The notes beneath the pieces are model-generated. The model was not told the DNA's origin. It searched no databases and saw only the letters and a program-made list of their open reading frames with translations. Made by a program: the position numbers and the translations under genes. From Squalus acanthias (Eukaryota): DNA of 64,000 bases. Location of the stretch: assembly GCA_030390025.1 (NCBI GenBank), contig JASTWF010000033.1:3970001-4034000 (forward strand), in the 5' to 3' direction. Below are positions 26,401 through 37,647 of this stretch, in pieces. Positions within the stretch are counted from its first letter, which is position 1. Each line of letters starts with the position of its first letter.

Positions 26401-27270
26401 GCTACACTGTCGGAGGGACAGCACTGAGGGGCCGCTGCACTGTCGGAGAGGCAGAACTGAGGAAGCGTTGCAAAGTCGGAGTCGCCGTGCCGAGGGAGCA
26501 ACACTGTCAGAAGGTCAGTACTGAGGGAGATCTTCACTGTCAGGGTCATTACTGAGGGAGCGCTACACTGTCGGTGGTTCTGTACTGAGGGAGCGCTGCC
26601 CTATCGGAGGGTCGATACTGAAGAAGCGCTGCACTGTCGGAGGTTCTGTAAAGAGGGAGCGCAGCAGTGTCGGATGGGCAGTACCGAGGGAGAGCTGTAC
26701 TGATTGAGGGTTAGTACTGAGGGACCGCTGCACTGTTGCAGTGTCAGTACTGAGGGAGCGCTACACTGTCGGGGGGGGGCAGTACTAAGGGAGTGCTGCA
26801 ATTTCGGAGGGGCAGTACTGAGGGAGCGCTACTCTGTCGGAGGACAGTACTGAAGGAGCGCTGCACTGTCGGGAGGACAGTACTGATGGAATGCTGCACT
26901 TCTCGAGGGGCAGTACTGTGGGAGCGCTGCATTATCAGAGGAGCAGCACTGAGGGAGCGCTTCATTGTCAGATGGGCAGCACTGAGAGAGCACTGCACTG
27001 GCAGTGTGGCAGGACTGAGGGAGCGCTGTACTCTCGGAGGCGCAGTGCTGAGGGAGCGCTGCACTGACGTAGGGGCAGTACTGAGGGAGCGCTACACTGT
27101 CAGAGGGACAGTAATGAGGGGGCGCTGCAATGTCGGAGCGGCAATACTGAGAAGCACTGCAATGTCGGAGGGGAAGTGCCGAGGGAGCAATACTGTCAGA
27201 GGGTCAGTACTAAGGGAGCGCTGCACTGTCGGAGGGGCAATACCTGGGGGCGCTGCACTGTCGGAGGTGC
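11494..27270. repeat. ~16-kb minisatellite, 33-bp unit (gtcggaggggcagtactgagggagcgctgcact)
   Basis: Hundreds of diverged tandem copies. The 11-codon periodicity generates most of the ORFs listed in this interval. Confidence 0.97.
24806..24903 (-). mobile_element. Solo ~98-bp Penelope-type hammerhead-motif insertion (core mutated)
   Basis: Non-satellite island flanked by AGTACTAA at 24798-24805 and 24904-24911. Minus strand reads cctgagga aggggc gaca gctcc aaaa gctt. Homologous to 37555-37647. Confidence 0.75.
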
Positions 27271-27626
27271 AGAACCGAGGGAATACATTCTTGCCGGAGG
27301 TGTCGTCTTTAGGTTGCGACGTTAAACCGAGGCATTATCTGCTCACTGTCAGCTGGATTTAAAAGATCCCATGGCACTATTCGAAGAAGGGCAGCGAAGT
27401 TATCTCCAGTGTTCTAGCCAGTACTTATCTCAATCAATATCACTAAAGCATATGACCAGGTCGTTACTGCAATGCTGTTGGTGGGGACCAGCTGTTTACA
27501 AACTGGCTGCCGTGTTTCCTACAGAACAACACTGACTTCACTTCACCAGGACTTCTTCGGCTGTAAAGTGCTTTGGGACATCCCAAGATCTTTAAAGGCG
27601 CTCTATAAATGCAAGTCTTTCTTTCT
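27255..27626 (+). mobile_element. DeuSINE (AmnSINE1/SacSINE1-like) body and 3' tail
   Basis: ggaggtgtcgtctttaggttgcgacgttaaaccgagg...aaaagatcccatggcactattcgaagaag...gctgtaaagtgctttgggacatcc...aaggcgctctataaatgcaagtctttc. Matches the Deu-domain SINE pattern as I recall it; not database-checked. Confidence 0.65.
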
Positions 27627-27779
27627 TAATATAAACTTTCAAAAGGAAATTCGATAAATACTTGAAAAGGAGAAATATTCAGGACAATGGGGAAACGGCT
27701 TAATTGTTCACTACCATTCACGAAAGGATATGACAGCTTTGAAATAATCTGGTCTGTTGCTTGTGGGATCGCGTGAATC

Positions 27780-28265
27780 TGTCTAATTTCATCCCACTGA
27801 GCACGATGGTAGTGGGACATGATACGATGGATGGTGTCCTCAATGTGAAGGCGAGACGTATTCTCCACAAATATTGTGCAGTGGTCAGTCCTACCAATAG
27901 CGTCATGGACAGTTGCATATGCATGTGCATGTGATAGGTAGATTGGTGAGGACAAGGTCACACAGGCTATTTTCTCACGTTGGTTCTCCCACCACCTGCT
28001 GCAATCCCAGTCTGGCAGTTCTTCAGGCCTCGGTTAATGATGGAGCTTCTGAGCCACTCTTGGTGCTGGACATTGAAATCTCCCCCTTCCCGCCCAGAGA
28101 GTATATTTCGTGCCCATTCTGCTCTCGGTGCTCATATCAACTGCTGTTCAGCATGTAGATCTGCTGATTCATCAGCTAAATGATGGTGATAGGTGGTAAT
28201 CAGCAGGAAGTTACCTTGCCCATATCTGACAAAGCCATGAGACTTCATTATGTCCTTTGGCAATG
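27780..28265 (-). mobile_element. Old CR1-group LINE endonuclease fragment (part 1); host of the RTE insertion
   Basis: ORF 27626-27961 carries VHDAIGRTDHCTI...HYHRAQWD (APE end). Sequence continues at 39516 after the RTE. Confidence 0.7.
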
Positions 28266-31200
28266 GACAACACCAACATGGAGAGACGGGGACACTCTAC
28301 TGCTATCGTTGGCTGGGAGCTCAGACGTTTCGACGTAGACATCGCCTCCCTAAGTTAGACCAGGCGGGTTGTGTCAGGCCAGCTCAAGGAGCAAGGCGTT
28401 GGTTACACCTTTTTCTGGAAAGGCAATGCTGAACAAGAACGCCGATTCCATGGGGTGGACTTCGCCATAAAAGATGAGCAAGTTCGACGTCTCTGAGACG
28501 CCCCTTGAGGAATAAACGAACGTCTCATGACTCTACGACTCACGCTAGCGCAGAACCAGTCCGCTACGGTCATCACTGCATGCGCCCCAACACTAGAAGC
28601 CACAGACGATGCCAAAGTGGAATTCTACTACAGCATCGAATAATCCCTGTCCCGAGTAACAACGGGCGACAAATTAATCATCCTTGGCGACTTTAAGACC
28701 AGAGTTGGATAGGACACAGACCTCTGATGAGGTGTGATCATCAGAGAGGGGGTAGGGGAAGCCAACTCCAACATTACCCTGCTCCTGAGGAAATGCTTAG
28801 AACATGGCCTTGTCATAACCAACATCTTGTTCCATCAGAGATACAAATACAAGGCGTCATACAACACCCTCGCTCCAAGCATTGGTACCTGCTGGCCTAC
28901 TTCATCATCTGAGCGAGGGACAGCAACGACGTTCGCATCACCCGCGCCATGATAGGAGCTGAAAACTGCTAGACAGACCACCTTCTAATCCGCTCTGTCG
29001 CCCCAAAACAGCGACGGCAGCAGGAGCAATGCCGCAAGAAAATCAACGCTGGAGCACTAAAAGCCCCTGCTAAGAAAGCCCTATTCAGCCTGCGCCTCAC
29101 AACCAAGCTGACGACTCCCAGTGATTCAGAGACACAGAGGGGGAAAAATTCAGTTGGTTGCGCCTCCCGTTAGCGCCTTAAGAGGGCGCTAATGGGGCGC
29201 AAAACCGCTAGCGCCCGGGCGCAGCAATGTTTACGCCGCTCGGGAACTTAACTAGACATTGTGCGGCGGCGCTAAACTTTACCGCTGCGACCACCTGCGC
29301 GCGCAGATTGTGACGTCATTCCATGGTGCAACGCCCTTGTGGCGCCCCGGAGCGGAAATTGAGTGGCGCCCCCTGCCTTACCGCCTGGCGCATCCAACGA
29401 CCGGAAGACTGGAACGCTATCAATCGCTGTGGGGCTGGGGGGGGGGGGCGCTATTTAAAGGGGTCCTCTTCCTGTCTTTTTCTGTGGTTGACATTTTTGC
29501 ACCACTCGTTCTGAGAGAGAGAGAGAGATTCGGAGAGAGAGAAAGAGAGACTTCTGCATTGAGTCAACGCTTTGTGAGGTAGTTTTGCCTACTGATCCTA
29601 ACTTCGCTGGTACTTTGGTTGCTGTCCTTCATAACTTTGCTTGCAAAGAGACTATGGGGGCTGCACTGAATGGGGGCGTCGTCCTGCTCCAGCTGAATCG
29701 GAGGACAGAGAGACGCAGAGAGAGAGTGGCAATGATGGCCAGACGGAGGAGGGCCAACAGGCGTCTGTACAGGAGAGCTTACCCTCCCAGGGTATATCGT
29801 GAACAGCTCTCCTACATTCATTTGTCTGAGGAGCTGTGTTTGCGAAGCTGCGATTCAGCAAGGAGGTGGTCACTGAGCTCTGCCACCTGCTGCATCCAGA
29901 TCTCAGGACGTCTCTGTCGGTGGCAGTGAAGGTCACAGAGGCTCTCAACTTCTATGCTACTGGCTCATTTCAAGCTGCTGCTGGGGACCTCGCCAATATC
30001 TCCCAGTTCGCAGTGCATTGCTGCATCCGGCAGGTCACAAATGCCCTCTTTAAAAGGAGACGAGAGTTCATCTCTTTCCCCATGACCCCAGACAAGCAGC
30101 GTGACCGCGCTCTGGGTTGTGCGAGGATAGCGGGCTTCCCCATGGTGCATGGCGCCATTGACTGCACGCATGTGGCTTTGCGTGCTCCACATGAGAATGC
30201 CGAGGATTTCCGGAACAGAAAGGGGTTCCATTCCTTGAATGTTCAGTTGGTCTGTGACCACAGACAGCTGATACTCGCTGTCAATGCCCACTATCAGTTC
30301 CGATGGAGTGGAGGGTGGCCAATGTAACCCCTCTTTTTAAAAAAGGAGGGAGGGAGAAAGCAGGGAATTATAGACCGGTCAGCCTGACATCGGTCGTGGG
30401 TAAAATGATGGAAGCAATTATTAAAGATGTCATAACAGACCATTTGGAAAGTGGCGACATGATAGGTCCAAGTCAGCATGGATTTGTGAAAGGGAAATCA
30501 TGCTTGACAAATCTTCTGGAATTTTTTGAGGATGTTTCCAATAGGGTGGACAGGGGGGAACCAGTAGATGTGGTGTATTTGGACTTTCAGAAGGCCTTCG
30601 ACAAGGTCCCACACAAGAGATTGGTGAGTAAAGTTAAAGCACATGGGATTGGAGGTAATGTGTTGACGTGGATTGAGAACTGGTTGGCACACAGGAAACA
30701 AAGAGTAGGAGTAAATGGGTACTTTTCAGAATGGCAGGCAGTGACCAGCGGGGTACCGCAGGGTTCGGTGCTGGGACCCCAGCTGTTTACATTATATATT
30801 AATGATTTGGACGAAGGGATTAAATGTTATATCTCCAAATTTGCGGATGACACTAAATTGGGAGGCAGTGTGAACAATGAGGAGGATGCTAGGAGGCTAC
30901 AGAGTGACTTGGACAGGTTGGGTGAATGGGCAAATGTATGGCAGATGAAGTACAATGTGGATAAATGTGAGGTTATCCACTTTGGTGGTAAAAATAGAGA
31001 GGCGGACTATTACCTGAATGGTGGCAGATTAGGGAAAGGGGAGGTGCAACGAGACCTGGGCGTCATGGTACATCAGTCACTGAAGGTGGGAATGCAAGTG
31101 CAGCAGGCAGTCAAGAAAGCAAACGGAATGATGGCCTTCATAGTAAGGGGATTTGAGTACAGGAGTAGGGAGGTGATGCTGCAGTTGTACAGGGCCTTGG

Positions 31201-31426
31201 TGAGGCCACACCTGGAGTATTGTGCGCAGTTTTGGTCTCCTAACTTAAGGAAGGACATTCTTGCTATTGAGGGAGTGCAGCGAAGGTTCAATAGATTGAT
31301 TCCTGGGATGGCCGGACTGACATATCAAGAAAGATTGGGTCAACTGAACTTGTATCCTCTGGAATAACAACAGAAAACGCTGGAAAAACTCAGCAGGCCA
31401 GGCAGCATCCGTGGAGAGAGAAAGAG

Positions 31427-31463
31427 AGTTGACGTTTCAGGTCGATGACCTTTCATCAGAACT
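31427..31463 (-). ncRNA. Minimal hammerhead ribozyme in the Penelope pLTR
   Basis: Minus strand: aguu CUGAUGA a agguc auc gaccu GAA ACGU C aacu. Intact core, stem II, 4-bp stem I, GUC site and palindromic ACGU stem III. Confidence 0.8.
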
Positions 31464-31739
31464 GGGAAGAGCTGGAAATCAAATAGATTTAAGGCCAGGG
31501 TAAAGCTGGGAAAAGGGGGAGGGGATAAAGGAACAAAGGAGGAGATGAAGAGACATTAAGAGACATTAAGAGATATGCAAGGCTAGAGGTGGTGTTAATG
31601 TGACAGATTAAGGCTGAATGAAGTGTGAAATCTACTGGCAGAATGAAGGACAGCTGCCAGCTTCTAGGAGGAAAAAAAAGGTGGGGGGGACAAATAAAAG
31701 GGTAGATAAAATAAAATATAAATGTGATTGGAGCTGAGG

Positions 31740-33802
31740 TTATGATCTAAAATTGTTGAACTCGATATTGAGTCCAGAGGGCTGTAGCGTGCCTAAACGA
31801 AAGATGAGGTGCTGTTCCTCGAGCTTACGCTGAGCTTCCGTGGAACAGTGTATTAGGCCGAGGACGGTGAGGTCAGAGTGGGAGTGAAGCGGTGAATTAA
31901 AGTGACAGGCCACCGGGAGCTCGGGGTCCCCCTTACGGACTGAACGGAGGTGTTCCGCAAAGCGGTCACCCAATCTGCGTTTGGTCTCCCCAATGTAGAG
32001 GAGTCCACATCGTGAGCAGCGAATACAGTATACTAAATTGCAGGAAGTACAAGTAAATCGCTGTTTCACCTGGAAGGGGTGTTTGGGGCCCTGGACAGTG
32101 GGAAGAGGGGAGGTATAAGGGCATGTGTTGCATCTCCTGCGCGTGCACGGGAAGGTGCCGGGCGAAGGGGAAGGGGTGCTGGGGGTGGTAGAGGAGTGGA
32201 CTAGGGTGTCGCGGAGGGAGCGGTCCCTGCGGAATGCTGAAAGGGGAGGTGAGGGGAAGATGTGTTTGGTGGTGGGATCACGCTGGAGGTGGCGGAAATG
32301 GCGGAGGATGATCCGTTGAATGTGGAGGCTGGTGTGGTGAAAGGTGAGGACAAGGGGAACCCTATCGTGGTTCCGGGAGGGAGGGGCAGGGGTGAGGGCA
32401 GATGTGCGGGAGATAGAACGGACACGGTCGAGGGCCGTGTCGACCACGGTAGAGGGGAATCCTCGGTTGAGGAAAAAGGAAGACATGTCGGAAGCACTGG
32501 TATGGAAGGTGGCATCATCAGAGCAGATGCGGCGGAGACGGAGAAACTGGGAGAATGGAATAGAGTCCTTACAGGAGGCGGGGTGGGAGGAGGTGTAGTC
32601 CAGGTAGCTGTGGGAGTCGGTGGGCTTGTAGTGAATGTTAGTCAATAACCTATCCCCAGAGATGGAGATGGAGAAGTCGAGGAAGGGAAGAGAAGAGTCG
32701 GAGATGGACCATGTGAAGGTGAGGGAAGGGTGGAAATTGGAAGCATAGTGAATGAAATGTTCTAGTTCAGGGCGAGAGCAGGAGACGGCACCGATACAGT
32801 CATCAATGTACCGGAAAAAGAGGTGAGGGAGGGGACCCGAGTAGGACTGGAACAAAGAGTGTTCCACATATCCCACGAAAAGGCAGGCATAGCTAGGACC
32901 CATGCGGGTACCCATAGCAACACCTTTAATTTGGAGGAAATGGGTAGAGTCAAAGGAGAAGTTGTTCAATGTGAGAACAAGTTCAGCCAGGCGGAGGAGG
33001 GTGGTGGTGGATGGGGACTGGTTGGGCCTCTGTTCAAGGAAGAAGCGGAGCGCCCTCAGGCCATCCTGGTGGGGAATGGAGGTGTAGAGGGATTGTACGT
33101 CCATAGTGAAGAGGAGACGGTTGGGGCCGGGAAACTGGAAACTGTTAAAATGGCGGAGGGCATCGGAAGAGTCGCGGATGTAGGTGGGAAGAGACTGGAC
33201 AAGGGGAGAAAAAATAGAGTCGAGATAGGAAGAGATGAGTTCCGTGGGGCAAGAACAGGCTGAAACGATGGGTCTACCGGGGCAGTCCTGTTTGTGGATC
33301 TTGGGAAGGAGGTAGAAGCGGGCTGTGCGGGGTTGGGGAACTATGAGGTTGGCGGCCGTGGGGGGAAGATCTCCAGAGGAGATGAGGTCAGTGACAGTCT
33401 TGGACACGGTGGCTTGATGTTCGGTAGTGGGGTCATGGTCCAGGTGGAGGTAGGAGGAGGTGTCAGAGAGTTGGCGTTCAACTTCCGCTAGGTAGAGGTC
33501 GGTTCGCCAAACAACAACAGCGCCACCCTTGTCAGCAGGTTTAATGACAATGTCAGGGTTGGATCGGAGAGAATGGAGTGCTGCAAGTTCAGAGGGAGGT
33601 AGGTTGGAGTGAGTGAGGGGAGCAGAGAAATTGAGCTGGCCGATGTCACGGCGGCAGTTAGCAATGAAAAGATCAAGAGAGGGTAAGAGGCCAGAGGGAG
33701 GGGTCCAGGTGGAACGAGAATTCTGAAAGCGGGAGAAAGGGTCAGCCGTGCGGGGGGAAAACTCCTGGCCAGAGAAGTGGGCACGGAGACGGAGGCGGCG
33801 GA
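31740..33802 (-). CDS. Penelope RT + GIY-YIG endonuclease (open frame, N-terminus missing)
   Basis: The frame stays open upstream of the listed 555-aa ORF and includes IKPADKGG. Motifs PGRPIVS, DVQSLYTSIP, GVAMGT, RYIDD, CTRRRCNTC, YCIRCSRCGLLYIGET, GLN. Confidence 0.9.
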
Positions 33803-35212
33803 AAAGAGCTCAGCATCGTGCCGAGCTCGAAATTCATTGAGATGGGGAGAAAGGTCATCGACCTGAAACGTCAACTCTCTTTCTCTCTCCACGGATGCTG
33901 CCTGGCCTGCTGAGTTTTTCCAGCGTTTTCTGTTGTTATTTCGGATTTCCAGCATCTGCAGTATTTTGCTATTGTATCCTCTGGAGTTCAGAAGAATGAG
34001 GGGGGATCTTATAGAGACATTTAAAATCCTGACTGGTTTAGACAAATTAGATGCGGGCAGAATGTTCCCAATGTTAGGGAAAACTAGAACCAGGGGTCAC
34101 AGTCTAAGGATTAAGGGGAAGCCATTTAAGACTGAGCTGAGGAGGAACTTCTTCACCCAGAGAGTGGTGAATCTATGGAATTCTCTTCCACAGAAGGTTG
34201 TTGAGGCCAGTTCGCTAAATATATTCAAAAGGGAGTTAGATATAACACTCACAACTAGGGGGATCAAGGGGTATGGCGAGAAAGCAGGAAAGGGGTACTG
34301 AGGTAGCATGTTCAGCCATGAACGCATTGAATGACGGTGCAGGCTCGAAGGACCGAATGGTCTACTCCTGTACCTATTTTCTATGTTTCTATGTTCTATC
34401 CTGGCAGCTGCCACGATGCTTTCATCCTGCGCCAGACTACTGTGGCAGAACTTTTCGAGGCACCGCATGAGCCAGTTGGTTGGCTTCTCGGGGACAAGGG
34501 GTATCCATTGAGCACCTGGCTGATGACACCGCTCCGTACGCCCAACACCCCTGCTGAGCTGCGGTACAACGAGAGCCATCAAGCTACCAGGAACATCATT
34601 GAGCGCACAATCGGCGTGCTGAAGCAACGGTTCCGCTGTCTCGACCATTCTGGAGAAGCCCTGCAGTACTCGCCTGAGCGAGTATCCAACTTCGTAGTTG
34701 TGTGCTGCATGTTGCATAACATGGCAATCGTCAGGACCCAGCCAATGCCACCAGGCCTTGGAGCACCACCAGAGGAGAAGGAGGAAGAGGAGGAAGAGGA
34801 CGAGGAGGATGATCATCAGCAGCACCAAGGCGGGAGGGTGGCCCACAATGGTGAAACTGCAAGGGCCGTCCGTCAACGGCTGATAGCAAGCCGCTTCTAG
34901 GGCCCCTGCTGTGGAAATGGCTTCTGCCATTGCTAACAACATCAATGAACCCAGCACGCAACCCCTAAGCCGGCCAAGGCACCAATGATTCCAAACACCA
35001 AACATGTATATTTTGAATACAAAAGCTTATTTATTTTACAAACTCTGTGTGTGTCATTTCCTCATGACAAACTCATAGAAATAAACACAAAAAAACAGTC
35101 ATTAACATAACTGGTTCTCACAACCTGGAGATAATGTCCAAAACACTAGACAAAAGTTGGACCACGAACCTCGGCCTTTAATAAAAAAATGACCAGCATT
35201 TTGTCACACCTC

Positions 35213-37086
35213 CTACTTTTTGCCCTTCGAGGGTGATCTCCTTCCCTTGCGCACTTCCCCCCTTCTAACCCTACTGCTCCTCCGTAATGGGACCTCAGTG
35301 GCTGCAGCAAGGCTTGTGGAAGGCTGCTGATTGTCAGACCCTGACACTGCAGATGCCCCTGAAGGACGGCCTCGACCAGTTCTGGGCCTGGAGGGCCCGG
35401 CTGCAGACTGCACCAACTCTGCATGGGCGGCAGCAGTCTGTCCTACAGGCGGTGGCAAGTGCAGTAGAGAAGTGACAGTGGTGGCAGCAGGAATGCTGTC
35501 ATCGTGAGAGAGGACAGCAACTCCCTGCTCGACCGACACACTGGCACTCCCAAGGGGCAGCACTTCAGCATCCGGAGCAATCTGCTGGAGCACAGATTGC
35601 TGGCCTGCTGCGGCGCGGTGAGAGCCACGCGGACATGTGAACGAACCATCGAGGTTGGCAGCAGTCAGTGCTCGCGTGGCCTCAATCTGAGTCTGCATGA
35701 GAGCAGTCAGAGGTGGGATCACGGCAGTCAGTGACTGAATTGCAGCACTAAGCTTTAGTGTGGCATCCGCCTGTGCTACAGCGAAGTGCTCCACACTCCT
35801 TGCCAGTGACTCAATGCATTCGGACACCCTTCCCACTGCACCCATGAGCTCAGTGTGCATGCCCACCGCCTGGGTGTTCATTTCTGCGATCAGCCTCTCC
35901 TCCTCTGCGTCCATTGCAGTAGGAGTCGCTGGCATACTCTCCCTCTGGGGAGAAGGCCCCCGTTCTTCCCTACCCCCATGGCGTTGCTGCAGCCCGCTGG
36001 GTCCTGGAGCTTCACCCTCATCAGACCCTTCCCCCCTGCTCCCCTCCAGGGAAGGCGTGTTCCCAGTGTGGGCATGGGCTTCCTCGGGAGAGGGAGGCAC
36101 TGATGCTCCGGCTTCCTCTTCCTCCTCGGCAGCAGCTTCACTCCCACTAGCAGCTTCAGGGCCCGTCTCCTCAGCTGGTGAATCACCATCTGAAAGCAGG
36201 GAGGTACAAGAGTGGCTTTAGTGTGAGGACAGGGTGGCAGTAAGGGAGGAATAAGTGCAGCGAGTTAGCAAGTTGGATTGAAAGTGTCAAAGGCTGGTGT
36301 TGTGAGGGACAAGTAGTAGGACAGAGGACAAAAAGGTGATGACCTTACCATTGCTGTCCAGAACGGGGTCGGCGTCTCCAGTGGCGACGGGACCAATCAC
36401 CCGGCTTGCCACAATCCTGTGGACGCGCTCCTCAAGATCGCTGAGGGGTTGCAGCTGAGGCCGCCCTCCACCTGTCCGTTGCTGCTGTCTCCTATTATGC
36501 GCCAGCTTGGCCTGCAAGTAAAAGGACAGCATCTGAGTAAATATACAGCCATGGTCTTGACTGATGTGCCTCCCATAGGTGAATAGCCTTTACTGTATGC
36601 AGCCATGGTCTTGCCTGATGTGCCTCCCATAGGTGAATAGTCCTTACTGTATGCAACCATGGTCTTGCCTGATATGCCTCCCACACGTGAATAGCCCTTA
36701 CTGTATGCAAAGTGTGGAATGTGTGTGTGTGTTTCATGAAAGGGCAATAGGTGTTGGATGAGTGTTGTGCATTGGGGTTTTAAGACGCTCTGGCCATAGA
36801 GTGAGGTTGAGATGGAGGGATGGAGAGGTATTGAGAAAAAGCCACTCACCCTGACGACCCGAGTGAGGTCGTTGAACTTTTTGCGGCATTGAACATGGGT
36901 CCTGGGCACCATGCTCCTGGAGGAGACACTCTGAGCCACCTCCCTCCACACTCTTCTGTACTCGCGTGGCAAAGGCTTCCTGCCACTCTCAGGGAAGAGT
37001 ATAGATCTTCTGCGCTCCACCGCGCCAACCAGAGCATCCAAGGCCCGCTCGGTGAAGCGCTGAGCTCGTTCTCTCACCCTCTCCAT
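35213..37086 (-). CDS. Harbinger Myb/SANT-like DNA-binding protein, 3 exons (37086-36850, 36511-36349, 36189-35213), 458 aa predicted
   Basis: RAQRFTERALDALV...W.EVAQSVSS...RTHVQCRKKFNDL. GT-AG introns with matching phases (AGG|gtgagt...cag|GCC; G|gtaag...cag|AT). The spliced frame is open to the stop. Confidence 0.85.
36547..36708. repeat. 54-bp x3 tandem repeat in intron 1 of the Myb/SANT gene
   Basis: agccatggtcttgcctgatgtgcctcccataggtgaatag...actgtatgc starts at 36547, 36601 and 36655. Confidence 0.9.
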
Positions 37087-37554
37087 CCTTGGCAGCAAAA
37101 TGGATTCACAGGTCTCTCCAGGCCGAGATTCAAGGCTGCAATGAACAGGGTGTGGCTGGGGAGCAAGTTCCCCCCCCCCCGCTTTAAGAACTGGCCGGCG
37201 CCAGTGTGTCTGTGTTCCCTCGCTAACTGGCAGCACCTGTGCTGCGCTCGCGCGCTGAGTTAGCGCCTCACTGCTCGGCCTTTGCGCCTTAAGACAGGTG
37301 TGCAGCGCCTGATTTAGCGCTCCAATCACCTCCCGGGGCGGTAAAAGTGAAGTTTCCAGTCAGTGGCGATAATTAGCGCCAGGCGCTAATTTTTGCGTCC
37401 AGACGATATTTGCGCCCCAAATGGGGAGCGACCTAATTTTTCCCCCAGAGTGTCCACAGCGCCTGGTCTGCACTCAAGGACTCTATAATCAGCACCTGTG
37501 AAGAGACGCTCGGTCACTCGATCAGGAAACACCAAGACTGGTTCGACGAGAATG

Positions 37555-37647
37555 AAATTGAGAGGTCGCACAACACCAGGTTATAGTCCAACAGTTTTAT
37601 ATGAAATCACAAGCTTTCGGAGCTATCGATTTGCTCCTTCCTCAGGT
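37555..37647 (-). mobile_element. Solo 93-bp Penelope-type hammerhead-motif insertion in the RTE
   Basis: GAATG duplicated at 37550-37554 and 37648-37652. Minus strand: ac CUGAGGA a ggagc aaaucgaua gcucc GAA AGCU U gug. Confidence 0.78.

Larger units (their letters stand above)
31364..33971 (-). mobile_element. Penelope-like element (Neptune-type), 5'-truncated, with inverted partial pLTR
   Basis: 14-bp target duplication TTGTATCCTCTGGA (31350-31363, 33972-33985). 31364-31454 is repeated in inverted form at 33849-33939. Confidence 0.93.
30296..34395 (+). mobile_element. 5'-truncated CR1 LINE (RT to 3' tail) inserted in the Harbinger transposase
   Basis: RT ORF 30303-31367 continues at 33972-34301. 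Tail ctatgtttctatgtt. CTATC at 30291-30295 and 34396-34400. Confidence 0.93.
29654..34900 (+). pseudogene. Harbinger DDE transposase (HARBI1-like family), inactivated
   Basis: [86 protein letters not shown]. One-base frameshift at ~29845 and CR1 insertion at 30296-34395. Confidence 0.92.
29140..37445. mobile_element. PIF/Harbinger DNA transposon (transposase + Myb/SANT gene, convergent)
   Basis: 11-bp terminal inverted repeat GGGGAAAAATT (29140-29150) / AATTTTTCCCC (37435-37445). Flanking direct repeat CAGAG (29135-29139, 37446-37450). The RTE reads through if the element is removed. Confidence 0.92.

Noticed and set aside
33488..34045. 185-aa minus ORF as the Penelope N-terminus
   Set aside because: It is chimeric: antisense CR1, the inverted pLTR, then mostly the wrong frame of the Penelope ORF after the ~33803 frameshift.
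34097..35005. 302-aa minus-strand ORF with a hydrophobic stretch
   Set aside because: It is the antisense shadow across the CR1 tail and Harbinger transposase; the hydrophobic run mirrors the GAG-rich acidic tract.
36397..37329. 310-aa ORF as a single-exon gene
   Set aside because: Only 37086-36850 is Myb/SANT exon 1. The rest is upstream sequence and intron read-through, including the 54-bp repeat.
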